Below, one piece after another: positions 51,874-64,000 of a DNA stretch of 64,000 nt. The DNA is taken from contig NC_043019.1 of NCBI RefSeq assembly GCF_006345805.1, forward strand, positions 1,674,001 to 1,738,000. The letters are read 5' to 3'. A program made the position numbers and the translations under genes. The stretch's first letter is position 1; every line of letters starts with the position of its first letter. Source of the stretch: Octopus sinensis (taxonomy: Eukaryota). The notes under the pieces are model-generated. The model worked only from the letters and a program-made list of their open reading frames with translations, did no database searches and had not been told where the DNA came from.

Positions 51874-52200
51874 GGCGGCGAGCTGGCAGAATCGTTAGCA
51901 CGCTGGCTAAAATGCTTAGCATCATAACTTCCGTCTTTACGTCCCGAGTTCAGATTCTGCCTAGGTCGACTTTACCTTTCATTCTTTCGGGGTCGATAAA
52001 TCAAGTACCAGTTGCGTAATGGTGTCGATTTAATTGACTGGCCTCCCCCTCCTCCAAACTTTCAAGCGTTGTGTCTATAACAAAAAGGATTAATCATTTC
52101 GGGGTCGATAAAATAAGGACAAGTTGAACATTTGGATCGATGTAATCGATTCATCCCTACTCGAAAATTGCCGCCCCTGTGGCAAAATTTGAAACCATTT
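51872..52200 (+). mobile_element. Old family B-related SINEs (one full, one partial)
   Basis: GGCGGCGAGCTGGCAGAATCGTTAGC...TTCGGGGTCGATAAA. Confidence 0.85.
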
Positions 52201-52664
52201 TTATCATTATTGTTGTTGTTGCATCTGTTGTTGAGTTTGTCGTTGTTGTTGTTATTGTTGTCGTTGCCGCTAGTATCTAGCAGAATCGATGGTGTCAAAA
52301 GAAATGCCGTACGGTCTATAGATATTTGAATTTCGATCAGAAATACACATCCATTGTGGAAATGTTTTACATTTCCTGCGTTTTAGATTCGATAAAAAAA
52401 AAACAATACCTAAATACTGGGGATCGATTTCTTCATCTGTTTCCTCCCCACAGAAATTCCAGGCCTTGTGATTATTATTATTATTATTATTATTATTATT
52501 GAGTGAGAGAGCAATGCCTACCATTAAAGTGATACTGGAGTACGCATATACGAAGCCCAATATACCCATGATGACTACTCGTCTTATAAGGCCCTACCAG
52601 GCACATGCATCACAACCCCATGTGCGCGATATGATGATCGCGTGATATGTGCGTGATATTTTGT

Positions 52665-52967
52665 TGTTTGTTCCTTCTCGAGCCATTCCTTGCCCATAAG
52701 GGCCGGTTTCCCGGTTTCTTGGCGTATAGGTTCCCCACCTGGACGGAACGCCGGTCCATCGCAGGTGAGCTGCTAGATGCAAGAAGAAAGAGTGAGAGAA
52801 AGTTGTGGCGTAAGAGTCAGCAGAAGTTTCGCCATTACCTTCTGCCGGAGCCGTGTGGAGCTTAGGTGTTTTCGCTCATAAATACACACATCGTCCGGTC
52901 TGAGATTCGAACCCGCGATCCATCGACCGCGAGTCCGCTGCTCTAACCACTAGGCCATGTGCCTCCA
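52665..52967 (-). mobile_element. SINE family C variant with Meta-like tail
   Basis: C-like head plus CCTGCGATGGACCGGCGTTCCGTCCAGG. Confidence 0.85.
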
Positions 52968-53139
52968 CAAACCGTGATATTGCGGTAGTACTATTATTGT
53001 TATTAGTAGTATTATCATTTTCCTATTGATTTACATTCTCATTCCTATCCTCATCGGGTCTCAACCAGACCTAAGGCACGTATATACTAGATGGAGAGAA
53101 TCTTCCTAAGAATGTGGGCGGTTGATGTCAACACAAAAT

Positions 53140-53696
53140 TTATCTGTCTATTTGTATGTGTTGTACCGTATCTAGTTCATTGATTCCTAAGTATTTGTAT
53201 GCCTGGTCGAATTCTCTTATTTTATTTGCTTTATCTAGTGTAATGGTGCTACTCTTAACTAGTTTTCCTCTATTCAAAGTTGCTTTGGCACATTTTTCTA
53301 AGCCAAATTTCATGCTTATTTCTTCTGTAAATCCATGTACTGTTTGAAGTAATGTTTCCAGCTGTTTATCATTTGTAGCATACAGTTTTAGCTTATCCAT
53401 ATATAAGAGGTAGCTGATTGTTTCGCCGTAACAGTTGTATCCACATCCAGTTCTGTTTAGCATGCCAGATAAATGTGTCAGTTCAAAGCAGAAAAGGAGA
53501 GGAGAGAGCGTATCTCCCAGGAATATTCCTCTTCTAATGGAGAAAGCATTGTTTTTATGAGTCCCTCTTTTGTCTGGAGCTGTAGCACTGCCTGCCATTT
53601 ATTCATGGAATGTCTTATATATTTTATGATTATTGGTGCTACCTTGTTCATAGCTGGTGCTTCTAGGATTCGTGAGTGGGGAATACTATCAAAAGC

Positions 53697-53699
<3 letters not shown>
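53140..53699 (-). pseudogene. Reverse transcriptase fragment of an R4/Dong-type LINE
   Basis: AFDSIPHSRIL...(frameshift)...IRRGIFLGDTLSPLLFC...ISYLLYMDKLKLYA...MKFGLEKCA...YKYLGI. Catalytic YMDD is mutated; the 5' end abuts (TAA)n. Confidence 0.92.
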
Positions 53700-53742
<43 letters not shown>

Positions 53743-53787
53743 GTTGTTGTTGTTGTTGTTGTTATTATTATTATCATTATATTATTA

Positions 53788-53822
<35 letters not shown>

Positions 53823-54079
53823 GTTTTGTGTTGTGGTTAGTGTTGTTTTATGTTGTTTACTACTTTAAACTACCAGTAAAGAAAGTGATAGTAAAATCAC
53901 ATGATTAAATACAGATGGTTTCTCGTATTTTATAGATGCTTAAAACTAGAGTTGTTTTTTCTTTCATGTGGGTATCCTTAGAATAGAAATCTATTTATCA
54001 ATTCCTTTCATTTTTGTAGCTTTTGTGACAAATAGTTTTGTTTAGACAATCCTTTTGCGTTATTAATATTTGTCGCATC

Positions 54080-54855
54080 AAAGGAGAGGACTTAGCAGGA
54101 TGTTTCTCACGACAGGCAAAAAGCTTAGCGTCTTTCTTTATGTTCTGAGTTCATATTTTGGTGAAGTCCACATTGCTATTCCTCCCTTTCGGGGTCGATA
54201 AACTAAGTACCATTTGGGTATTGGGATCGATGTAATCGGCTTAGCTCCTCACTCGAAACCGCTGGCCTTCGGCAAAAATCTTAACCCAGTGCCGGTTCGC
54301 GTCTGAGGCGTTGAAGTGGCAAAATCGCTACCATGCCGGAATGAAATGTCGAACAGCATTTCTTCAGACTTAACGTTCTGAGTTCAAACACCACCGGGGT
54401 CGACTTCGTCTCACATCCTCTCAGAGTCGATAAAATAAGCACCATTTGAGCACTGGAAACGATATCATCGACTTACACCCTCTTCGAAAATTGCTGGCCT
54501 TGGGCCCAGATGTGAAACTAAAATTCGTCGTCTTAGCATCATGTAAATATAGGAAATACATGATGAAGAAGCGACCCTCTCTGAACTAAATCCTTGGCAC
54601 GGATTTCAATAAAACTAAAACACGGTCACATAAAAGGGAGAATAGTATGAATAGAAATATTTCGGTGGTGAGCTGTCAGAACCATTTGCACGTCGGACAA
54701 AATGCTTACCAGTATTTCGTCCGTCCGCATTTCGGAGTTCAAAGTCCGCCATGATCGACTTTGCCTTTCATCCTTTCGGGGATGTTGAGTACTGCGGTCG
54801 ATCTAATCGGCTTATCTCCTTTCTCCTAATTGCTGGCGTGGTGCCAAATTTTGAA
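54080..54855 (+). mobile_element. Three old family B-related SINEs
   Basis: Repeated TTCTGAGTTCA...CTTTCGGGGTCGATAAA..AAGTACC-like sequence. Confidence 0.8.
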
Positions 54856-55077
54856 TTTTTTTATGAATAAGAACATTTCAAATATAATATTATTTCTGTT
54901 GTTTCTGACAGAAATGTGAAATTATTAAATTTGATGATTTGCCGTATAAAAGTAGCAATGCTAATAATCCTTCCTAATTTTGAAAAGGTGGGGTAATTAT
55001 ATCATCAATCTCGAGAGGATGAACGGCAAAGTCGACTATGGTGGTATTTGAACTCAGATCAACCACGCTAATAACTC

Positions 55078-55087
55078 ATATATATAC

Positions 55088-55118
<31 letters not shown>

Positions 55119-55182
55119 CATTATATATATATATATTATATATATATATGTATTATATATATATATATAATATATATGTATG

Positions 55183-55220
<38 letters not shown>

Positions 55221-55334
55221 ATATATATATATATATGTATGTATATATATATATGTATGTATATATATATATATGTATGTATATATATATATATATGTAT
55301 GTATATATAATGTATGTATATATATATATGTATG

Positions 55335-55365
<31 letters not shown>

Positions 55366-55718
55366 GTATATATATATATGTATGTATGTATATATATATA
55401 TATGTATGTATATATAATATGTATGTATATATATATATGTATGTATAATATATATGTATATGTATGATAGTATATATATGTATGTATATATATATATATA
55501 TGTATGTTATATATATTATGTATATAATATATATATATGTAGTATATAATATATATATGTATGTATAATTATATATATATGTATGTATATATTATATATA
55601 TATATGTATGTATATATATATATTATGTATGATATATATTATATATTTATGTATATATATATATATGTATGTATATATATATATATATGTATGTTATATA
55701 TATATGTATGTTATATAT
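55078..55718. repeat. (TA)n/(TATG)n array
   Basis: Direct reading. Confidence 0.95.
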
Positions 55719-55719
55719 A

Positions 55720-56224
55720 CAAAAAGCAATAAAGATTCAAGTTAATTTAAATGAATTTACTTGAATATGGTACCTAACTTAGATGCACCAAAAAAAAACT
55801 ATACTGTTTTAACAATACAGTAATGTAGGGTGATTATAAGCGAGAAAGAAGCAACAAGAATGGATAGGTTTTTAGTACAATCGTTTCATACAAGGACAGG
55901 CTTTATTAAAGTTGTAAAAATTACAGCATATAAATGTGTCCCGTACTCATCAGCTAAAATACATGATGTGAGTTCTCTAGACATCCTAGTGGTTAAGGCT
56001 ATATACTCATGAAGTAATGAAGATAATTAAAAGTAACATAAACATATACAGATACCAAAGTTCATTAAAGTTCTTTAAAGATGATGTACAGTCTTATCAC
56101 AGAATTTTAAAAAAGTTCTAATAGCAACCCAGAGAAGGTGACCTAATCCATAGTGCACATATGAATTTCCAGAGATATGATGAGGGATTACATACTCACA
56201 GAAGACAAATTTATCCATTGTTTG
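55720..56224 (-). mobile_element. About 500-bp non-coding element embedded in (TA)n, containing a hammerhead
   Basis: Unique sequence between two TA arrays; ribozyme motif at 55870-55959. Confidence 0.65.
55870..55959 (-). ncRNA. Type-I hammerhead ribozyme candidate, canonical core
   Basis: TTTTAG CTGATGA GTACGGGACA...TGTCCTTGTAT GAAA CGATTG TA CTAAAA. Confidence 0.8.
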
Positions 56225-56260
<36 letters not shown>

Positions 56261-56323
56261 TATATGTATTTATATGTGTGTATATATATATATATATGTA
56301 TGTATATATATATATGTATATGT

Positions 56324-56364
<41 letters not shown>

Positions 56365-56424
56365 TATATGTATGTATATATATATATATGTATGTATATA
56401 TATATATATACTATGTATGTATAT

Positions 56425-56458
<34 letters not shown>

Positions 56459-56786
56459 TATGTATGTATATATATAATAGTATTATTATATGTAGGTATA
56501 TATATATGTATGTATATATATATATATATATGTATGTATATATATATATGTATGTATATATATATATATATATGTTGTATATATATATATATATGTATGT
56601 ATGTATAATATATATATGTATATATGTATGTATATATATATATATGTATGTATAATATGTATGTATATATATATATATATATGTATTATATGTATGTATA
56701 TATAATATATGTATGTATATATATATATATATATATATGTAATGTATATATATATATTATATAATATGTTATGTATATATATATAT
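56225..56786. repeat. (TA)n/(TATG)n array
   Basis: Direct reading. Confidence 0.95.
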
Positions 56787-57085
56787 AATGGTATTTATGT
56801 AACGGCATCTTCTTGTTAGTGTATAATATATCACGTGATTCATTTGCTTATTTTATACATTGTACTTTTTAGTACAACGTATTGCTTAGATTGAGAAGAG
56901 TTCTATAATATAAATCAGTTTCTCGTGCGGTCGAGTTACACATTACAGCTACCAAAAGATATTCTATCAGAAACACGCGAAAGGGAAATGAATTAAATAG
57001 GATACCGTTTGACAAGGTACGATGGGTCGAAGCGATCGTAGTGAATAATAAGCTTGTGAATTCTAATTTCTTTTTGCCATATATC
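56787..57085 (+). mobile_element. About 300-bp repeat, second copy at 60545-60840
   Basis: ATGTAACGGCATCTT...GTCGAAGCGATCGTAGTGAATAATAAGC...GAATTCTAATTTC-like sequence at both sites, each preceded by (TA)n. Confidence 0.85.
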
Positions 57086-58139
57086 TCACATATACATCTG
57101 CAATCAGGGCATCAAATAAGGGATTTCAAATATGATAGACTACATTTGGAAACTATTTGTGACGCAAAAGATTTCTGAAAAATATATTCTCCCTCCTCGC
57201 ATCACAAGCGCTCCTTGATTGAAGAGAAGATATATCTACATCAGAAGCAGTAGCAACTTGGATACTCAGCAACAGGGCGACTCCATTATATAATGATGAG
57301 AATGGATTGGAGGCGATGTTATCGGAATATATTACAACAGGGATAACGTGTAGCGGGAAACTAGCGAAAAACAAGTCGTCAAAAAGACGAGCGGAAAGAG
57401 AATAATAATTTTTTTTTTAAAGAGCAGATAATGTCGCCCTCCTTAAAATGGAAATAATGATCCTCCTCACAAGATGAAGAGCAACAACAACAACAATGAT
57501 ACGTAAATTGCTGAATTAAAATGGACATATTTCGGGAAAAAACACGTTCATAAGGGTAAAATGCCGCATATAAAATGGATGTGTTGATGATCGACAAATA
57601 TATATGTACAGGAGTATATATATATAAACAGGAAGACAATACGCGGTCAGAAACAAGATGTTAGTAAAATTAATAGGCTGTTATCATAAACCGGTTTCAC
57701 TGTATCGAAGAATATAATAGCATGCAGAAAAATAAGCTGAAAATAATGCATAATAAAATCCGTTACATATATTCCATGTATTTGCTATGCATTATAATTA
57801 TTGTAATATTTTATCTGCCACGTGTTTCAGTTATTAGTAATATGGTCAGTCTTCCCGGCATGGTTAGTTTCCATGTTTCAACGGTCAATATGTTTGTTTG
57901 TGCGTGTGCCTGTATGCATATATATATATATATATTGGTAAAAACGGTAAGATAACAAAAGAAAGAAAGATACCCCAATATTATGTAAATAGAGGAAATT
58001 TATCAGTAAAATAATGTGACACTTATTCGGTAGCCAAGATAATATAATATAATATATGTATACATAATATAATATATATATATATATATATACACACACA
58101 TATATATATATATATATCTATATATATATATATATAATA

Positions 58140-58415
58140 TGGAGGCACAATGGTTAGGGCAGCGGACTCGCGGTCGTAGGATCGCGGTTTAGATTCCCAG
58201 ACCAGGCGTTGTGAGTGTTTATTGAGCGAAAACACCTAAAAGCTCCACGAGGCTCCGGCAGGGGGTAGTGATCCCTGCTGTACTCTTTCACCACTCTTTC
58301 TTCTGTTGGCCTGCTCGCTTAGCCAGCGGGGTGGCGTCATTCGTAGGCTAAAACAATGCGAACGCATTGTGACCAGCGATGTGTAACTACATCTGATGGA
58401 CTTGTCGGTCACGTG
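58140..58415 (+). mobile_element. SINE family C, tail type 3
   Basis: C head plus GGCTAAAACAATGCGAACGCATTGTGACCAGCGATG. Confidence 0.88.
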
Positions 58416-58423
58416 ATGATATA

Positions 58424-58475
<52 letters not shown>

Positions 58476-58580
58476 AATATTGTAAAAACGGTAAGATAAC
58501 AAAAGAAAGAAAGAGACCTCAATATTATGTAAATAGAGGATATTTATCTGTAAATATAATATGTGACAATTATTCGGTAG

Positions 58581-58648
58581 CCAAGATAAAACTCTCAGTT
58601 TCGGATGCCGAAGTGGAAATCCACACCACCATCTCTTCGGTTATCTGG
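58581..58648 (-). ncRNA. Type-I hammerhead candidate in a TA-embedded element (58480-58652; partial copy 57937-58042)
   Basis: GATAA CCGAAGA GATG...CATC C GAAA CTGAGAG TT TTATC. Confidence 0.6.
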
Positions 58649-59677
58649 CCATTATATATATATATATAATGTACACCTTTTTATATACATATGGTGGTAT
58701 ACGTACAGTTTTGTAAGTACATATATTCATATATATATATATATATATATATAACTTTTGTTCGACTCCCTTATTCTTTCATTATTTCTTTATTTTTATG
58801 AACCCATTCACACTTAATTCTTTTCACTCTTTTTTCTTTCGTTCCCCCTCTTTCACTTCAATCTTCCATTTTTTCTCGTCTCTCCCTAATTCTGCTGTCT
58901 CTCTGCCTCTACCTCTCCTCTCTCCCACGTGACCGGTGTTCGGCCAAGTCTGACTTTTCTTTCTTGGTTCGACAAACAACCGTGCAACATTTATATTCCT
59001 CCCCATGCCTGTGACTTCCACACCCGCCTGCTCAATTTAATTCGTCCTTAGTCGAACGACATCTGTTATGTCCTGTTATTTGCATTTGTGGACCATTTCT
59101 CCGTTTCTTTCGTCCTTGTTTTCGTATACATTCGCTGCTTTCTTCCAAGGAATCTGATGCACTTAGCTTGGTTTTTACTTGGGGATGGCCAGATTGGAGC
59201 AATCTCGAGTGTAACCAGCCAAAATCGCAAACATAATTTGGAACTCGACTGCGGAGAGAAAACTTCGAATGACCTGTCCGTGTTTTTCTTGTCCCTCTTT
59301 TGTATCACTGTCTGAATGTTTTGTTCTCCCCTTTTTTATATCATTTAGCTATCTGGATGTTTGCGTTCTTGTCCCATATTTTGCATTCCTTTATATATAT
59401 ATATATATATTAATAACGATGAGGAAAACAGAGATTTACACATCTAAGTGTTATAATACAAATAATCACACCTTTCTTTGACAACACCTACGCACGTTTC
59501 CACTGATAAACGGTGCACGCTGTAAAGTATACTTCTTTGTGTCATTTAACGGTGTAGCCATATCAGTTTCTTATTTTACTGTTGGTCAGATATCATGCCC
59601 CTCTCTCTCCCTCTCGCTGTGTGTATATATATATATATACATACATACATACATACATACATACATACATACGTACG

Positions 59678-59753
<76 letters not shown>

Positions 59754-59754
59754 G

Positions 59755-60015
59755 GTGCTCTGTCGGGTATGGAACCTGCTTGTAAGTGGCTCAGCACCCC
59801 ACAGGTACATCTAATCTAAACGTAGTTCTCAGGGAGTCTCTGCGTGACACGGAGTGCGGAAAGGCCGGCCCTTTGAAATAAAGGTACTATTCAGTTTTTG
59901 CCAGGTGAGTGAACTGGAGCAATGTGAAATAAACGGTCATTGCTCAAGGACAGAACCCTTCGCCGGAAGTTGAACTCACGACCCAACGATTGTGAGTCGA
60001 ATACCCTAACCTCTA
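59755..60015 (-). mobile_element. SINE family D head with tail type 1
   Basis: D core (TTGAGCAATGACC..ATTTCACATTGCTCCAG) joined to TTTCAAAGGGCCGGCC...GAGAACTACG. Confidence 0.75.
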
Positions 60016-60297
60016 ACTCACATTTATGAGTTTACTTTGAGCTTGGGGGGGATGAGAGACAGATACAAATCAAATTTTTATATCCAAAAAACGGACGTGA
60101 AAATAGCAGAGAAGCAAATCTAAGACATTTCAATTTAAAAACGAATTAATAAAATGATTTTAAAATAATATAAAGAAAATATAGAATATTACCGGTTTTA
60201 ATGATGAATCTCATCGTATTAAATATTAACAAAAATTTATAAAAATTTGAAGTAAAACAGTTTATCTTCTGGTTGGGGGACAAACACACACACACAT

Positions 60298-60332
<35 letters not shown>

Positions 60333-60839
60333 ATACGTATATCAGTAATAATATAGGGTGAAATTAATTAATTTGGAATAATCATTAATTTCACCAAGTA
60401 GATTTCGGCATGTAAAAGCCTCATTCGAGGAAAGTTTAGTAATACTAAGTAATTAAGGTTTAGCAACGATTTGCCTCACCACACACACCGAATTTAGAAA
60501 TAGCAGTCAAAGAGTTATAGCTATTCTTTCTACGTATATATATAATGGTTTCCATGTAACGGCATCTTATTGTCAGTGTCTAATATGTCACGTGATTCAT
60601 TTACTTATATTATACATTGTACTCTTAATTCAACTTATTGCTTAGATTGAGAAGAGTTCTATAATATAAACCAGTTCCTCGTGCAGTCGAGTTACACATT
60701 ACAGTTACCAAAATTTATTCTGGTAGAAATAAGCGAAACGGAAGTTTAAAAAAAAACAAGATACCATTTGACAAGGTACGAAGGGTCGAAGCGATCGTAG
60801 TGAATAATAAGCCCGTGAATTCTAATTTCTTTTGTCATA

Positions 60840-61043
60840 TGTGACCTCGTGTGTACCGTTGGCAATTTTTTTTCCTATGTCTTCCCTTCTCTGGATCTTT
60901 CTTTCTCCTATGTTTCCGACGAAGCGCTCCGCTCGAAACGTTAAGCCCTCCTTCTTTCCTTCTTTCCTGAGCGTCCAATAATATTATATTTGTTCCACGT
61001 CCTCGCGTTGTGTTTTTTTGTGCTTTCTTGTTTGGATTAACTT

Positions 61044-61045
<2 letters not shown>
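60840..61045 (+). mobile_element. Short pLTR-like element with degenerate hammerhead at 60911-60946
   Basis: GTTT CCGACGAA GCGC TCC GCTC GAAA CGT TA AGC; ends in (TA)n. Confidence 0.6.
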
Positions 61046-61104
<59 letters not shown>

Positions 61105-61159
61105 GTATGTGTGTGTGTGTGCGTGTGTGTATGTATATATATATATGTATATATATGTA

Positions 61160-61202
<43 letters not shown>

Positions 61203-61834
61203 ATGTGTGTGTATGTATCTATACATATCCATACATATATATACATATATATTGGTGTGGTGCGTATATATTTGTGTCAGCTTGTAAATAGTTTTTCTTG
61301 AAGAACATAAGTGAAGACAAAAGAAAGGTCAAATTTTATAGTTACATTCAGGTAACATTTTACCGTGTGTGTTGAGGCCTACTAATATCTATTTTCTTTA
61401 GTATAAGTACGTGAAGTAGCAAGGTCTAAAATAGCGTGTACATTTAAACTGTGTACGCTTATTGCTATACATTCTTTTATACTAGAAGTGATGAGATTGT
61501 TTTGCTCGATGTAACTCCTCTCCTATATAGATTCTGTTATAAGACATCAAACCCAGCATCAAATAACAACAGCAGGCTATCAAACTTTTGCATTACCACC
61601 TATGTGGGTATACACCAATTATATCCTACATTTCTCGTGTATAGTTAATGACTTTTGGCCCTAATTAGCAGATTAGCCGTGCTTTTTCGATCTTCCCGAA
61701 GCGGACAAGTCATGGGATATGAACAATTTAATACTACGTGCTAGTAATGGCTGCATGAAAGTATGTAAAACATACCACATGTTATATCTGCATACACAAA
61801 ATATAGGCACACAAAGATGCATATATGCATATAC

Positions 61835-61878
<44 letters not shown>

Positions 61879-61895
61879 GAACAAATACTTCTAAG

Positions 61896-61929
<34 letters not shown>

Positions 61930-61935
61930 ATATAT

Positions 61936-61966
<31 letters not shown>

Positions 61967-62889
61967 TATGTATATATATATATATATATTATATATATAT
62001 ATATATATATTCTCATACATGCACAGACACAAGCACACACAACACACATATTCCTATATATGCTTTCATACAAGACTAATTATTTGACGTGAAATTCTGT
62101 TTATGTATATATGTATATATGTTGGTATGCAAACATTTATATACGTGCGCACATATGCATGCATGTATGTACACTATGTGTGTGCATGTATGTATGTATG
62201 TAGGCGGATAACAGGTAGAGTCAGTATGGTCTCGTTAGAATTATTTCTAGTATTTCGCCCGACTTTCGACACACTGTGTTCCAATCACTTTGAAGCCAAC
62301 TTTATCTTTCATTGCTTGAGTGTCGATAAACAACTTACCTATCAATGGTGATGGATTGGATAAATTGTTAGAATATCGAACGTGGTCACTTGCAGTATCG
62401 GTTCTGCATCTGGGCGTTCTGGGTTCAAATCCTGCTGCTTGACAACGAAATATAAAATAAATCCAGTGACACTTCTCTCAGGTAGTTATCAGTAATGGTA
62501 AAAAATCCAACGGAAGCTTAGCATTTTTGGTTCGATCACGAAAATGGTTATCACTATCCCTAACTTCTTTGTGGATATGCAGGTAGTTTGGTCGAAAGGT
62601 CTATCCATTCCACAGAATAATACAGCTTTCGAAATAATATGAGAATATTTCTGGTCTTGTAGATAGAGTCACATCGTTTTGATTTACGATAGTAAATAAT
62701 TCAATCCATTTTACTAATGAGAAAATCTATCAGAAGCTAACTGGTACGATTTTCCCTTCGTAATGCTTGCAGTACAGTTTTGAAGTAGTAACGAACTAAT
62801 AAGCGTATATAAGATATTATATAACAGGGAGATAATATACACTTCGAGAATATTCTCAGGGATGCTCTTAAATATTCTGTTTCATTCTG

Positions 62890-63125
62890 CAGCCATGCCC
62901 GTCTCATAAGGGCCGGTTTCCTGGTTACAGTGGTGTAGAAATTCCCCACCTAGACGGGACGCCGATCCGTCGCAGGATTACTCATTTTTGCCAGCTGAGT
63001 GGACTGGGGCAACGTGAAATGAAGAGTTTTGCTCAAGAACACAACGCAACACCCGGTCCAGGAATCGAAACCACACTCTTACGATCATGAATCCAACACC
63101 CTAACCACTAAGCCATGCGCCTCCA
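62890..63125 (-). mobile_element. SINE family D, full length
   Basis: Homologous to 50484-50700; TSD CTTAAATATTCTG on both sides. Confidence 0.9.
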
Positions 63126-63343
63126 GCTTAAATATTCTGAGGTTTCTAATAAAATTTATTCCAAAGACGACGCCAATTCACTGACAGCATAAATAATTCC
63201 AAATAGAATTATTTCAAATATAATTATTTCAAATATTGAATTTAAAAAATGACACCAAAATGTGAAATATAAATCAATAGAAGTAAATTAATAACATTGT
63301 GACAAATGCGTTCTTATAATATAATAGAAAGTGCTTGTCACCT

Positions 63344-63740
63344 GAGGCGGCGAGCTGTCAGAAAGGTTAGCACGCCGGGCGAAATGCGTAGCCGTATTTC
63401 TTCTGCCGTTACGTTCTGGGTTCAGATTCCCCCGAGGTCGACTTTGCCTTTCATCCTATCGGGGTCGATAAATTAAGTACTGGTTACGAACTGGGGTCGA
63501 TATAATCGACATAATCCGTGTTTCTGTCCTTGTTTGTCCTCTCTGTGTTTAGCCCTTGTGGGTAGTAAAGAAATAGGTATTTCGTCTGTCGTTACATTCT
63601 CTGTTTAAATTCCGGTGAGGTAGACTTTGCTTTTCATCCTTTCGGGGTCGATAGATTAAGTATTAATTACGCACTGGGGTCGATATAATCCACTTAAACC
63701 CTTTGTCTGTCCCTGTTTGTCCCCTTGTGGGCAATAATGA
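63344..63740 (+). mobile_element. SINE family B dimer
   Basis: Full unit followed by the junction AAGAAATA|GGTATTTCGTCTG and a second, 5'-truncated unit. Confidence 0.9.
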
Positions 63741-64000
63741 AAAAAAGAAAGTGCTCGTCAGTTAGAGTATTAAACGTTTTCGACTGCCCCACTGTTATGT
63801 ATATGTATGTATATATATATATATATATATATATGTAAGTATGTATGTATGCATGTATGTATGTGTGTGTTTGTATATATATATACATGTGTGTGAGTGT
63901 GTGTGTGTATGTATATATGCATATGTAAATATATATATGAATGTATGTAGGTATTATGCATGTATATACATGTATGTTGGAGCAAATAGGAAAAATAGAA

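Noticed and set aside
57150-57660. Coding-like stretch with a YILPPRITS motif reminiscent of pogo/Tigger DDE
   Set aside because: Only a short motif, with multiple stops and no supporting downstream QPxDQG; cannot be assigned by eye.

Overview
AT-rich eukaryotic non-coding DNA, saturated with microsatellites, with one 100-N assembly gap (49320-49419). The SINE repertoire (tRNA-derived heads, Nin/Deu-like, CORE-like and Meta-like central domains) and the (TA)n/(GATA)n density look like a coleoid cephalopod genome, most likely Octopus; this is inferred, not searched. I found no intact host protein-coding gene, and nearly all ORFs in the track are microsatellite or SINE artefacts. The window holds at least four SINE head types in dozens of copies and decayed LINE fragments: R4/Dong-type RLE elements in (TAA)n tracts, an RTE 3' end and a CR1-like 3' end. 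It also holds a 5'-truncated Penelope-like element with a GIY-YIG domain, three Tc1/mariner remnants and several MITEs. The most notable signal is about a dozen type-I hammerhead-ribozyme-like motifs, from near-canonical to degenerate, in short non-coding elements sitting mostly in (TA)n tracts. Several of these elements are arranged as inverted or partial-tandem repeats, like Penelope pLTRs or retrozymes. Other structure of interest: a fixed tail-to-loop junction in SINE multimers, a SINE pile-up at a repeated target motif, and a SINE/LINE pair sharing a covarying 3' stem-loop. All alignments and folds were done by eye; SINE family letters A-D are my own labels.
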